Assembly: GCA_002633005.1 (NCBI GenBank)
Contig: NMRA01000484.1
Span: 124,001-188,000, forward strand
Direction of reading: 5' to 3'
DNA from: Phoronis australis
Lineage: Eukaryota > Animalia > Phoronida
DNA length: 64,000 nt
In this document: positions 8,393 to 20,658 of the stretch, piece by piece
How the letters are laid out: each line of letters begins with the position of its first letter
How positions within the stretch are numbered: position 1 is the first letter of the stretch
Notes under the pieces: model-generated
Database searches by the model: none
The model's input: only the letters and a program-made list of their open reading frames with translations
What the model was told of the DNA's origin: nothing
Position numbers and translations under genes: made by a program

Positions 8393-11300
8393 GTGAGTTG
8401 AAAGGGACCAAGTTGAAGTTATGGTTGTGACTTGTTCCCATGGTTGACACAGACCTTGAAAAGTACTTGATTTGTGAGCAGAACATCAGAAGTACTGTAC
8501 AAGACGAAGGTAATCAGACAAAATACCATTTACCTGTCGTGACAACTGAATCTGTTAACAGCAACAAACGACTGGAAATAATTATCAAGGCAGCGAACTT
8601 CTGATTATAGAAGGGTTTATCCACGTTACTAAATTTCCTATTAATTTTCCATTATTCTTGGTCATGAGGGTAGACTGCTCTGACAAAGTCAGCTTCTGTA
8701 CAGCCGTCACGACGTGACATTCTTGGTCATTTTGTTTGAATGCTTTTGACTCGTGCTGTAAGTGGACATTAATTTCTTGTATTTATTTTTCGTTTTTGAC
8801 TTAAGGTTGTCAAAAGTCACGTGGTAAGAACTTGAGGTCATTATTGCTTGAGGCCTTGTTCTGTAAGTTCTCCAATCACAACGGGTCATTTTATGTCTCA
8901 AGCATGGTACCAAATACTAACGAAGTGTCAGACGGTTGTTTCCTAGCTGAGATGTTTTTACCTCATCTGAGAAGGAATACATTTGCAAGACCAGTGTTAT
9001 AGCGGTGAGTCCAAATAAAAATCCAAATAGTTTCTTCTACAGAAGGATGGTTGATAGCAGCTTAAAGGCGAAGGCAACCTTTTTCCATGTCATTTTGAGC
9101 TAAAATAAGGTTGGTTGGTTATCCTAGACATATTTGCCACTTAATTACAGCTTTTCGTAATTTTATTAATTACTCATACGCTACTCTGGAAGTGACGTTT
9201 TAGGAGGCAAGCGTTTCCCGCCACTTGGTTTTGCGTTGACTTTACCGTGCGAATCTGTTCTATTCTACTTTTGTTTTGTGCTGTTTTTCAACAATTGTCG
9301 CCACCACTTTCCATCGGCAAGTATTCTGCGGCAAGATAGGTTAGTNNNNNNNNNNNNNNNNNNNNNNNNNNNNNNNNNNNNNNNNNNNNNNNNNNNNNNN
9401 NNNNNNNNNNNNNNNNNNNNNNNNNNNNNNNNNNNNNNNNNNNNNNNNNNNNNNNNNNNNNNNNNNNNNNNNNNNNNNNNNNNNNNNNNNNNNNNNNNNN
9501 NNNNNNNNNNNNNNNNNNNNNNNNNNNNNNNNNNNNNNNNNNNNNNNNNNNNNNNNNNNNNNNNNNNNNNNNNNNNNNNNNNNNNNNNNNNNNNNNNNNN
9601 NNNNNNNNNNNNNNNNNNNNNNNNNNNNNNNNNNNNNNNNNNNNNNNNNNNNNNNNNNNNNNNNNNNNNNNNNNNNNNNNNNNNNNNNNNNNNNNNNNNN
9701 NNNNNNNNNNNNNNNNNNNNNNNNNNNNNNNNNNNNNNNNNNNNNNNNNNNNNNNNNNNNNNNNNNNNNNNNNNNNNNNNNNNNNNNNNNNNNNNNNNNN
9801 NNNNNNNNNNNNNNNNNNNNNNNNNNNNNNNNNNNNNNNNNNNNNNNNNNNNNNNNNNNNNNNNNNNNNNNNNNNNNNNNNNNNNNNNNNNNNNNNNNNN
9901 NNNNNNNNNNNNNNNNNNNNNNNNNNNNNNNNNNNNNNNNNNNNNNNNNNNNNNNNNNNNNNNNNNNNNNNNNNNNNNNNNNNNNNNNNNNNNNNNNNNN
10001 NNNNNNNNNNNNNNNNNNNNACACTCCCACTGGATGGTGACCTGAGCACCCAAACTGCTTACATCGTGTCGTGTGACTCCCTCGCCACACACCTGGCACC
10101 TTCTAAATAGACAAGTCCACAATAAACTTATCAAAGTTTGGCTCACCGATCTTTTCACTGAACGACGAACTGTCCTCTTCACTTTGTGTCGAACTGGGCC
10201 TGTAATCACTCCCACTACTCAATATCGCTGCAGGGCTGCTTAGAGGCCCTGGACTGGAGAAAACAGCACAGGGCGAATCACTACTGGTTACAGGAATTGC
10301 ACGCTCTGGGGTACGTTCGGAGGCACAGGTGAAGTAGATGAAGTGCCTCCACTGGCTCCAGTCACTGTACTGGCCACAGCTCGCGAGGCTTCTCGCTTCA
10401 AAAACGCACTTCTCGGGGGTGGCGACAGGGCACTGCCGGGAATCAACACAGACGGAACGGCATCCTTCTTCAGGCGTTGTTTCGCAGGGACCTTCACCAG
10501 TTCAGCGTACAAATCCCTTTCATAATCGGACGACAGAAAGTGCTTGCCACACACTCGGTAATTCTCCACTGCTTTGTACGTTGCGTGGACGGGTAACGCT
10601 GCGTTCTTCACACGAACGAGCCAAGTACGGCGATCGAAGTGTGTCATCCATCGGAAAGCGATGCAAAGGTACTCCCAAAGCGCGCATGAGCCGCTAATTA
10701 GTACATTCCAGTACCCAGCAACAGTGTGGCATGTTGACTTACTAGTAAATGAAAGCAAACGACGACGGAACTTAGCACAACCGAGGTAGAACAATGACTG
10801 ACTCGGCAGCTCTCACAGTCAGACTATATGAAAAGAAATTGGCGCGAAATGCTTGCCTCCTAAAACGTCACTTCCGCAGTAGCGGACGAGTAATTAATAA
10901 ACTACGAAAAGCTGTAATTAAGTGGCAAATATGTCTAGGATAACCAACCAACCTTATTTTAGCTCAAAATGACATGGAAAAAGGTTGCCTTCGCCTTTAA
11001 AGGTTATTCTGAAGCAGTCGGCAGTCACATGATGCCATGCATGTTTTGAAATGTTGCAGGATTACTTTTATCACGTTCCTATTTCAGGTCGTTTTGGTAA
11101 TCAAGCCGATCATTTTCTGGGTGCTCTAGCCTTTGCAAAGTCGCTGGACAGAACACTTATACTACCTCCATGGAGGACCTACGTAAGCTGTGTTCATTTT
11201 GTCCTTAAAGAAAGCTCATTGATGAAACAGTATTCTGTTATCAATATGTCAACCTCAGTAATGCATGGAAAGTATGTTGCAAACTCAGAAATCCAATCAT

Positions 11301-14300
11301 ATTTAGTAGTAGGAGATCAAGGGTAAGATGCCCACTGCTAAGCCTGACTGGATTTTTGTGTTTGGCCAGTGGTCCAGATGGCTCAGTACACAGTTAGCCT
11401 AACGTCCTGGGTTCGAGTCCTTGTCAGGGGCAGAAATCTTCTCAGACTTACATTCATTAGGCCACGGGCGTGCTGACCAGACTTAAAATATTTGCAGTAA
11501 TTTGTTAGTTTGTCTGCAAGGGTCTAGGAGCTGAAGAGCCCCAGGTTATGACAGGCTGTACTGTCGTGCTAGCGAGACTGGTATGATATACTTTTAGCAT
11601 TGGGAGCCTCATCCCAGGTTTGGAAGTGGCTTTAAGCTCACTTTCCATCACAAAAATCGTATTTTGTTTGAGGCCCCTTGCTGTGATATGAAGTTGGTTT
11701 AAAATTGTTTCTCGGTCATATTGGAGGTGATTCCAGGGCTGTGAAAGAACTAAGAGTTCGTAATTGTTTGAGTTCAGGCTCAACAGATGGGGTGTCGTGG
11801 CAAGTTATTTCATTGATTGATTCCAGACTCTGCATGTTGGCTTGTCGTGGCAAGTCATTTAATTGTTTGAGTCCAGGCTCTGATTGTTGGCTTGTCGTGG
11901 CAAGTCATTTTATTGTTTGAGTCCAGGTTCTGCATGTTGGCTTGTCGTGGCAAGTCATTTTATTGTTTGAGTCCAGGCTCTGCGTGTTGGCTTGTCGTGG
12001 CAAGTCATTTTGTTTGCCAATCATGGTCTTATAACAGACTGTCAGATTGTTGCAAACCATGAATTCACTTCTCATCTGACTAAGTTGAGACAATTTTTGC
12101 ATCAATAATTGACGAAATCAAAGGTTAACTTCAAGGATGGAATGGTGATTTATAACCGCTTCGTCAAAATTAAAAATATCTTTAATAATGACATTAAAAA
12201 TTTGAAAAATGTTATAGAATAATAATTATAATAGAAATAATATTGCACTGGCTAGTAGAGCCTTCGTATTTTTATTTAAATCATATTGTCTACTTGATCA
12301 GTGCAATAATCGATAGATATGAACTCTGAGATACACTTATTGTAAATAGTATGGAAACATCATAGTATTGGAAGATGCTCAATATAGTAGCAACATACTC
12401 ACCTATGTTAACACTACTTACCTATAACTCTTATCAAATTGTGATATTTTTGTACATTTTATATAAATATTCAAACATGTTTGGTGCAATTCAATGAGTT
12501 ATGGAATTGTGAGTCGTAGAACAGATGAGATGATGAGTGTGTGGTCTTGTCATTATCCTCGTTTGTAAAGGTGAGCCAAACATTTCAAGCAATCTTTTCT
12601 GCTCCATAATGGGATTGTTGATCAGACGGTATTCTCTGTTCACTGAAACTCCTGCCTGCTGTCTACTTCAGAAAAACATTCCATTCACCGACTGGTTTCA
12701 ACTGGAGCCTCTGACCAAGTATCACCGTGTGGTTCTGGCCGAGGACTTCATGGAGCAGTTGGCACCGACCTATTGGCCTGTGGGTCAAAGGACAGGCTGG
12801 TGTTGGCTGCCTCCATCATCGGACAAGAAGTGTGAGATGAAACAGGGTAGGTGGCACTGGTGTAGTACGTTAGTTGATACATTGTGGAATGTTATTAATA
12901 ACAAGTGAAATGTTCCCCCTTTAAGTAACTTACTGCTTGAGGTGCTCCACTAAAAGGGCAGCAATCGATGCTGGCAGCCATTTGTCAAGCGCAAACATGA
13001 TTTCATGGTCATGGTATGCCAATGTATTCTTTTGGGAATACCAGCAGTTCAACAGTTCATGCTAGTGCACTGTATTCATTCAGTACGAGCAATTGATAGA
13101 ATACGCTAAGATTATAGTAAATGGTGGTAAATTTTGAGAAAGTAATCAGTCGTACTGAAGTATGAGAGTTTACAGCGATGATTGCATTCCACTCGTATGA
13201 TCTGGTGCGATGCACGCATTCTCAAAGAACATGTTGACATTACATACATGGTTAGAAAATGCTTTTCAAACTTTGACAGATATTAGCTATCAAACTCATT
13301 GGATGGGCACTATGCAAGATAACACAACATGGCATTAAAATAATTATATTAAAATGGCCGATTGTTCATGAAGCTTGGCCAAGGTTGGTCAAATTACATA
13401 ATGGACTTACTGCACTGGCGTTGAAGATGCAGTGAAAGACTGAGGCGCGCATTGAAAAGAACGCTCTTATGTCACTCCGACCTCAGTAACCCATTCACAG
13501 TTTGATTAATATGAGATTATCCTTGGCTTGAAAATATCAACATGTTCACATTGCTCTAAATATGTTTTAATAAAAATTTAGAAAATGTTATTTGCTGTCT
13601 GTGAAAGTAAAGTGTAACTCAACTTGTTTGCTTGGAAAAATTATTGTGTTGTTTTTTTGGGTGAAATCAGAACAGGGGGTCTTGGAAGTGCTCCGCTCAT
13701 TCACCTGCTTTTCATTTTCAGGTAACCCATTTGGCCCATTCTGGGACGGACTTGGTGTGGATTTTGATGACTACATTGTCTATCACCTGTCGTACCAGGA
13801 GTCTGAGAGTGGCCGTTGGAAGGAACAGTGAGTTACACACAACCACATACTTATATTTATGCACCCACATATTTATTTAATGGATTTTCATGATATTTGG
13901 CAATTAGTTATTTATTAGGAAGATGACGCCACCTGCACGTTTTTAATTTTGAATGTATTCTATGTATTTTGAAATTCCTATTAGCCATTTTTACTGCTCC
14001 TCTATTGGCCAAACTGCTGTAAGGATGAATATGAAAATTTACATGCTACACTGGGAAGAGGATGGCTGGCAGTGACTTTCATATGACTCCGACTACAATG
14101 TGGGCTACTGGTAGTGTTTATTATGTTTTAGGCATCCATCTCTATTGGCCATACTACTGTAAGAATCATTATTAAAATTGGTAAATGTGTTGAAACTCAG
14201 AAGAGCATGGCTAATATTTTTTAACAATTTTCACTACTGTGGCACCTGGTCACACTGCTAAACCCTTGAGCCAGGTTTCTAGCTCCTCAGCTCGATTTTA

Positions 14301-17300
14301 ACCATATATTAATAAAGTATGAAAATATTTCCAAGTGATCAGTGCAATGGGCCCACATGCGAGGCCTGCGCACGTCTGGTACAATTATTTTTTTTATCCC
14401 CTAGTGGCAGTTTGTTTTTTTCACATAGGCAGCTGTCTCTCCCTGCTGGATCTTTGTGAACTTTGAAACATGGCAACAGATGATGAAATCACCATTATTG
14501 TTGATATATCTTTTGAAAATACTTTTTAACTTGTTTAAAAAATTAGTTGAGGACTATTTTCAGGAAAACATATTAAGTACAACCATCAAAATCCGCATCC
14601 TTACTAGCTTAACAACTATCAGTATCTTCAAAAAAGAGATGTTTTAGAACATGAAATGAGAGACATATATAACATAAATTATGTAGGGAATAAATTAGAA
14701 ATGAATTAAATAGTAATATACGACAACAGGACATTGCAGTTATATAATGTAAGTAAATATCATGTATACAATGAGGGGAGATTAATATCACGCATCTGTT
14801 TAAAAACATTAAATTTTGTGTGTTTGTTTTTGATAAGGACAATTTTCATTTACTTTTTTGAATAATTACTGGTAGTACAATTTTTCTTTACTTAAAACAT
14901 TTTGTTATTGGTTGTTTTCATCAGGTACCCACCAGATAAGTACCCAGTGATGACATTCAAGGGAGCCCCAGCACGTTACCCTGTTGTGCCTGAACACCGC
15001 GAGCTACAGGGCTACCTCAAGTGGTCCGATGCCATCGACAGTGTGGCGCAGGACTATGTAGATCGCACATTCCATGGAGACAAGTTTGTGGGTGTACACC
15101 TCAGGAACGGAGTGGACTGGGTATGACGAATAGTCACCGTATTTTATGCAATCTTGCCATTTTGCAGAAATCCGGTAAAGTTTCACCAGTTGTGGACAAA
15201 CATTATTTCAAATTAATGTAAAAAACTAGCCTCCTTCCATTCTCCAAAGGCTTCTAACATTGTTGTAAAGGTCCACAATTTCTCAAAACACTGTCAGTTA
15301 ATTGCTATGGCATAAAATTTCCAGCTTATAAAGCATTTATTTGATGCTTCTTATCTGGTCAGGAATAAAATGGGTGAAAAAATGGAATTTTATTGGTCTG
15401 TCATGTTTTGACATTAATTGGTAAGATTTGCTGTAATCTCAGAAATAAGCTGTGAAGAAATTGAATGATGATAGATTGCCACTTTACAAACCTGATAAGA
15501 AATAAAAAGTTCAGACGTTATTGTAACTTCATAGCCAGATAGTGGGGCTGTCTTGTAAGTTAACAAATGTTAAGCAAAATTCATAAAACTCCGCTTGTGT
15601 TTTGTATTATTTTCAGTGGCACACCCTTCTGCCATGTCTGCAGTGATTTTGAATGAAGAGCAGGTTGACCTGAACCAGGGATTAGGAATCTGATTTTTTC
15701 GAAGTGAATAGTCACATTAAAATGTTAAAATCATCTTAACCATGATGTATGCTGCTGAAACCGTCAGCATCCCGATTATTCTGACCTTTCCCTAAACTTA
15801 CTTCTCTTTCAGTCCGCTGCCTGTGAGCATGCCCCCGGTAGAGGTACATACATGGCCTCCCCACAGTGTGTGAACAAAGGGGAGGTCGTTACCAAGGAGA
15901 TCTGCTTCCCGTCTCCAGAGACTATACTCAGGTGGGTTCGCCTTTATTGCGGGTCACGTACCCGGAAAGTAGAAAATTTATTTCATTTTGTTCTTCACTG
16001 TATCTTTGAAGTCACACATGCAATACAGTTAACAGCAAGGTCACAAATCACATATTTACAATGAAATTGTCAAATAACTTTGTTCTTCAAGCAAAACGCC
16101 TGCAATATAAATAAGCTTATATTTTGAATGACAAATTTTCTAATATGACTGTTTTCTTTTTTCGGTGTTTTTCCAATTTCTTTGGTTGAAGAAGTGATTT
16201 TTCAAAAATTTACAGAGATGTAACAAAATTTGTCTTAAGAAAATTTAATCATTTACATCTTCCTTGGTTCTTTGTCTAACTCTACCTTTTTGTATCAAAT
16301 AAGTCAAGTTTCACTCACATGCATAATGTTTTTTAAAATTTGCTTGTCAGTTTTACTCCAGTATTTTGCATAGAAGCGCAACTGCAGAGTAGATGTGCAG
16401 AAATGTACGCAAGGAGTGCACGCTGTATTTTATTGGATTGTTTCTAGTATGTTCACTGTTACCCTTCCCGAACACTAGATGGAGTTGCTACCATCTAACC
16501 AGTGGTGTTCAACATGTTTTAAGCAGTTTTGTTGGCTTCATGTAGAACACTTGAATTTGGGCAAACTACTGCATTCAACATAACATTTTTTGTTTCATTG
16601 ACTCTGGTGTGTTATTAGAGCGATTAAAGACGCCGTCCTATCCACTGGTGCTAAACATGTGTTCGTTGCCACAGACAAGAACCCTATGACAAGTGACATA
16701 AGAGATTACTTGCAGGAACATAAGGTACGAGGCAGCCCTCCAAACTATATCTCCTTACAGGTAATAGTCGCTAACAGGGGTCCCGGATTCTGGGAGCCAG
16801 TTTGGAGCTCGTTATTCAGTGAAGAAGACTCCGGTTCTCAAAATGCAGAACCTTTGTAAGTGACTAGTACCGTCCTTGCATATGTGTTCTTCATTTTCAG
16901 TGATGAAACTATATTATTGTTGGTGTTAGTGTTATGTCTAATTGTGCCACACCCTGCTTACATTGTTGGTAAATTTCAAATCAAGATTCTGCCCATGGTG
17001 CATCACACACGCACGCTGCATTAGAGAACTGCAAACTAATTTTAGGCTATGTGAAGCTTATCTGGACAAGGAAATTGGTTTCTGTCAAGATGAATATTTT
17101 AACTGCTCACAACAGCTATGAATCCCATTATACCCGAATTATGCTCAAAACTTCCAAAGCGAAAAAGTAAGAAATATGAGGTATGGTTTTGCACTTGACC
17201 GGGAACTCTTCGGTTTCTAAATAAAAAATGTTTCAATTAAGACATCTAGGTTATTTAATAAATTTCACGATAGACTGACAACAGAATACACAATTATTAT

Positions 17301-17909
17301 ACTAGTTAGTTGTCTTCATGATGTCTTCATGCATCAGTCATGACCAATCTCTTTGTGAAGTGAGGTGCTTTTGAGTTTTTGTCCACCAGGCTTGGTATGC
17401 TGCATGCATTCGGACCCCCAAAATTTTCTCACTTACCTGTAAGCTCTGCCAAGTACATTGTACAATTATGTGATAATAGGGAGTGTTGTCTTACCTCTGG
17501 TTTTAACTGTTTTGTACCATCCAGGGGCACCTAGAACCACCTGTACTGTAATCTTGTTGGCTCTGAATAAACATTTTGTCATCTATCTTTCCCTCACCTT
17601 CCCTTTCCCTCCTCTCTCTCCCTAACAATTTGTCTCCCTCCCTCCCTCCCTCGCTCCCTTCCTCCTTGGGTGAATTTTTACTGTAACAGTTGTATTTTGT
17701 GTGGAATGACCTCATCCATGTGTCTGCCGTTATTTCAGATACAAGTTCATCACCTTGATCCTCATCTGCCTCAAGAAGATCTAGCCATACTGGGGAAGGC
17801 AGACCACTTCATAGGCAACTGTGTGTCATCGTTCACAGCATTTGTCAAGAGAGAGCGCGACGTCAACAACAAAACGTCGTCCTTTTTTGGTCTCACTCGC
17901 ACCAAGTAG
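8260..17909 (+). CDS. POFUT1: GDP-fucose protein O-fucosyltransferase 1 (8 coding exons, about 366 aa)
   Basis: Exons 8260-8392, 11088-11182, 12672-12846, 13722-13827, 14925-15120, 15813-15931, 16619-16724, 17739-17909 join via GT-AG introns in phase (1101 nt). Signal peptide; [55 protein letters not shown] and [18 protein letters not shown] are POFUT1 (GT65) motifs. Start could be ATG 8260, 8263 or 8269. Confidence 0.95.
9346..10020. other. Assembly gap (675 N)
   Basis: Run of N. Confidence 1.
10021..10732 (-). pseudogene. THAP-domain transposase N-terminal half (stop + frameshifts), running into the gap
   Basis: ATG 10732: [12 protein letters not shown]...LHRFPMDD / RTWLVRV...[12 protein letters not shown]...[10 protein letters not shown] (THAP with AVP box), Ser-rich linker SDYRPS...DKFIV, then LFRRCQVCG...[10 protein letters not shown] zinc motif; at least three frame changes. 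Confidence 0.8.
11088..11182 (+). CDS. POFUT1: POFUT1 exon 2
   Basis: [32 protein letters not shown]; TTTCAG / GTAAGC. Confidence 0.93.
11364..11490 (+). mobile_element. tRNA-derived SINE fragment (POFUT1 intron 2)
   Basis: A-box-like TGGTCCAGATGG (11370-11381) and B box GGTTCGAGTCC (11410-11420); no complete cloverleaf. Confidence 0.45.
11764..12016. repeat. Minisatellite, about 50-bp unit x5
   Basis: TTGTTTGAGTCCAGGCTCTGCATGTTGGCTTGTCGTGGCAAGTCATTTTA repeated head-to-tail; first copy most diverged. Confidence 0.9.
12672..12846 (+). CDS. POFUT1: POFUT1 exon 3
   Basis: [36 protein letters not shown]...CEMKQ; CTTCAG / GTAGGT. Confidence 0.92.
13722..13827 (+). CDS. POFUT1: POFUT1 exon 4
   Basis: [16 protein letters not shown]...WKE; TTTCAG / GTGAGT. 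Confidence 0.92.
14925..15120 (+). CDS. POFUT1: POFUT1 exon 5
   Basis: [20 protein letters not shown]...[10 protein letters not shown]; CATCAG / GTATGA. Confidence 0.93.
15813..15931 (+). CDS. POFUT1: POFUT1 exon 6
   Basis: [19 protein letters not shown]...[11 protein letters not shown]; TTTCAG / GTGGGT. Confidence 0.9.
16619..16724 (+). CDS. POFUT1: POFUT1 exon 7
   Basis: [23 protein letters not shown]...QEHK; TATTAG / GTACGA. Confidence 0.9.
16775..16856. mobile_element. About 80-bp MITE copy 1
   Basis: Imperfect TIR CAGGGGTCCCGGATTCTGGGAGCCAG ... CCGGTTCTCAAAATGCAGAACCTTTG, flanked by TAA on both sides; related copies at 32520 and 36088. Confidence 0.6.
17588..17667. repeat. C/T-rich low-complexity microsatellite
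   Basis: (CT)n/(CCCT)n tract upstream of POFUT1 exon 8. Confidence 0.7.
17739..17909 (+). CDS. POFUT1: POFUT1 exon 8 (terminal)
   Basis: [41 protein letters not shown]...[10 protein letters not shown]. Confidence 0.92.
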   Translation: MQVHHLDPHLPQEDLAILGKADHFIGNCVSSFTAFVKRERDVNNKTSSFFGLTRTK

Positions 17910-20652
17910 ATTGGTAGTTGTTTATGAAATCTCTTTCATTTTTATTGAAGTGTTGTCTTGTGATAAAGTGTTGCGCATAATGTTGGTCAAACAAAATTTT
18001 GTTTTCTAATTTTTTAAATAATTTGCACCGCCAAAAAAGCTTTGCCGTTTTCAAATTCTTTAGGGTTACATGTAGCTACCGTCGAACAATTGTGGGCATT
18101 CACAACATGAGCTTTTGAAAAATGAAATTTTAGCAATTTTCAATATTGGTATTTTTGTCCAAAATTGACGAGGTCTTGCCATAATATTTATTTCTACTTA
18201 CACCAATAGTGGAGTTGCGTACTGTGCCATGAACAGTTGTAAAGTTTATGTGTTGATATTTATAAAAGTTAGTGTTAAGATTGTTGTTCTTGTTCTCTTC
18301 AAGCACTTTGTTAGATGCCAATCTCATGTCTCCACATGTAAGTGCACGTGGAATGTACCAATTGAATGTTAGCTGCATCTAATTGTCCAGGTTTCTTGTT
18401 GTTCTGTTGGACGTGCCTCGGGTCACTTAAAGCTATCATGACGCTGGCCTGGGGTTTGTTTCATGACAGGAACTTAAGACAGAAATTTAGTGTTATTCTC
18501 CTTCACAATTGTTTGCCAAGTAATTATGAGCTGAACACTGTATGTAATAATTCTAGTAATAATCGCTGTAACCAGCAGTCATGTGTCTGTGTGAACTCCC
18601 AGACAATTAGCACTTTTGCGCGGTAAGATTTAATTATTTTTTCAGAAATAGCGGTGTGGAGCGCAAAACCAAATTTCTGACTTACGTCTTTTAAGGGGTT
18701 ATTTTTCATGAACCAGACCCTGATGAGTTTGTGGCAGAAAAATGGTCGTATTGGATGGCAGTCACGCGACTATTGGGCAATTATTAGGTGATTATTGGGA
18801 GTACCGGCTGGGTGTTGGGATAAAAAAATCACTGAACGCTACTTCTGATCCAATGAAAAATCACCCAATTATGCTGGGCATCAGGATAGAACTGACTGGA
18901 TGGGAAAAACGAAGTGTCTTGTGATATTTTACCAAGATATTAGTAGGATAGTGGTATTTAAATTCCACGCACTCATTAATTTGGTCAACTCGTCTAGTTG
19001 GAATTGCAAATTTAAAACTTGTTTCAAGCAAGTTAACCTTGGTGAATCTTCCTGTTTAAGCAGTGAACTTGGTTTCATCCACGGTGTCACGTTGTAATTA
19101 GGAGTTTTACACTGAATTGTCGTATTACAGAACCACAACTAAGGGTTCCACCCAAAAACATCAGCATGGAAGTTTTCATTTTGAGATGTTGAAGAAAAAA
19201 TTTAAAATGAATACTGGAACTGTTGACTCACATTTAGCGATGTTGTGCACACATCCCATAGGCTTCAGCTTGGGCCTGACCAATAGGAGGAGTCTTAGTC
19301 AGACGACGCAACAAATCGGCTAGAATTTTATTCTATGTGTGAGACAATTGAAAGTGGAGGCTTTCGTGTCCATTCAACGATAGCTGTTCTATTTTTCCCA
19401 GCCCAAAACATGAATGGGAAGAGTGGTGATCATAGGTGGCGCTAAATGAGGCTTAATGTCACCAGGAAGATATTCACATAAACATGGCCGTCCTACAAGA
19501 TGCAAGTGCGTAACATTATTTGAATTGTCCTCATATTGTTTTTATACGACTTTTAAAATATAACTGCCTCGCATTATGTTGCTTAATTTTTCCTAAAATT
19601 CATTCAACTTCACTTTCAGTTTTTTTTTCGGAATAATGCGATTCAAGAGTCAATTTTTATTTTTACATCATCGTTTTCTTCAACTTACATTTACTTAAAA
19701 GGATACCATACCCTGTTTTGGCCTATTGCTTCTTGGACGGAACACACGTTAATAAGTAAAACTGTCTGCTTTTAAGGACATAAATCTGCAATAAGTTTGA
19801 GTCTTTGACACGTCTTGTTATACCAAAAATAGTGCGTCCACTAAGTAAATAATGAAGAACAGTTCATGTTATTTCGGAGCTTGAATTATTCTCACTTACG
19901 CTAAAAAATCAGGACACGCTATTGTAATGCATGGGTGTGAAAACAAAATTAGGTTATTTACCCACACCTTTCAAAAACCCAAATTTTGAGTCAATCCCTT
20001 TACTCTTATAAAATCAGTCTCGTTCTGTTCTGTACTCTGATTGGAAATGATTTGTAGTCTGTAATTGAGAAGAGTGGGCAGCTCATTGCCACAGACCAGG
20101 CCCGTTTACACTGCACATCATGACAGCTTCAGTTCCGGACACCGAGGGCAACATGGTCATCCGTCAATCCCGGCAACCAAGTTCAATTCTAACAAAGGAT
20201 AAGTGTGTATTGATGTCGCTTTAGAAGAGCAAACATATGAAGAAGGCTGCTCACCAGCACATGGTTTGGCCTTCAAAGTGGCTGTAATTCCACCTTCCAT
20301 AGCAAAACATCTTTCAATTTCGACCACCTGCCTGTATGAAATTGACCACTAATTGTTCGTTAATCGAAATAAATGCCAGTTTCTGGTCTTGGAAATACTG
20401 AAAGTTCTTCGTTGCTTGAATCGAGGCTCTACATGTTGATTTGTCATCATGGCATGTCATTTTATTATTTTAGTTTTTTGCTAGACCAAAAATCAGACTT
20501 CTTCAGAGTCGAACAAGTTGAGACCAATTTTGTATCAGTGATCTAGTAAATCAGTAGTGTATTTGATGGAACATGGTTTATTGATGTTTTAAATGACACA
20601 TTCATTAACTGTGAGGTAAAAACAAGACATTGTATTTTCGAACTTCGTAATC

Positions 20653-20658
20653 TTTATT
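20653..20658 (-). promoter_or_regulatory. Candidate EYA polyadenylation signal
   Basis: AATAAA on - strand at the point where strand composition switches from T-rich (+) to A/C-rich (+); implies a 3' UTR of about 2.65 kb. Confidence 0.4.

Larger units (their letters stand above)
9066..10996. mobile_element. Kolobok-type DNA transposon with long TIRs in POFUT1 intron 1
   Basis: About 158-bp near-identical inverted repeats 9066-9223 / 10840-10996 starting AGGCGAAGGCAACC; TTAA at 9062-9065 and 10997-11000; THAP transposase remnant on -; interior partly N gap. Confidence 0.88.

Noticed and set aside
9236-10215. 250-316 aa ORFs in the ORF track
   Set aside because: Artefacts of translating through the N gap; only the 10021-10215 portion carries real transposase sequence.
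23-10996. piggyBac or P-element assignment for the two TTAA/THAP elements
   Set aside because: piggyBac ends are typically CC..GG and lack an N-terminal THAP; P elements make 8-bp TSDs. AG..CT ends + TTAA + THAP + KolX fit Kolobok.
11364-11430. tRNA gene
   Set aside because: B box present but no acceptor stem or anticodon arm could be folded; treated as SINE-derived.
11764-12016. CRISPR-like appearance of regularly spaced repeats
   Set aside because: Units are contiguous with no unique spacers, sit in a eukaryotic intron, and have no cas genes nearby; this is an ordinary minisatellite.
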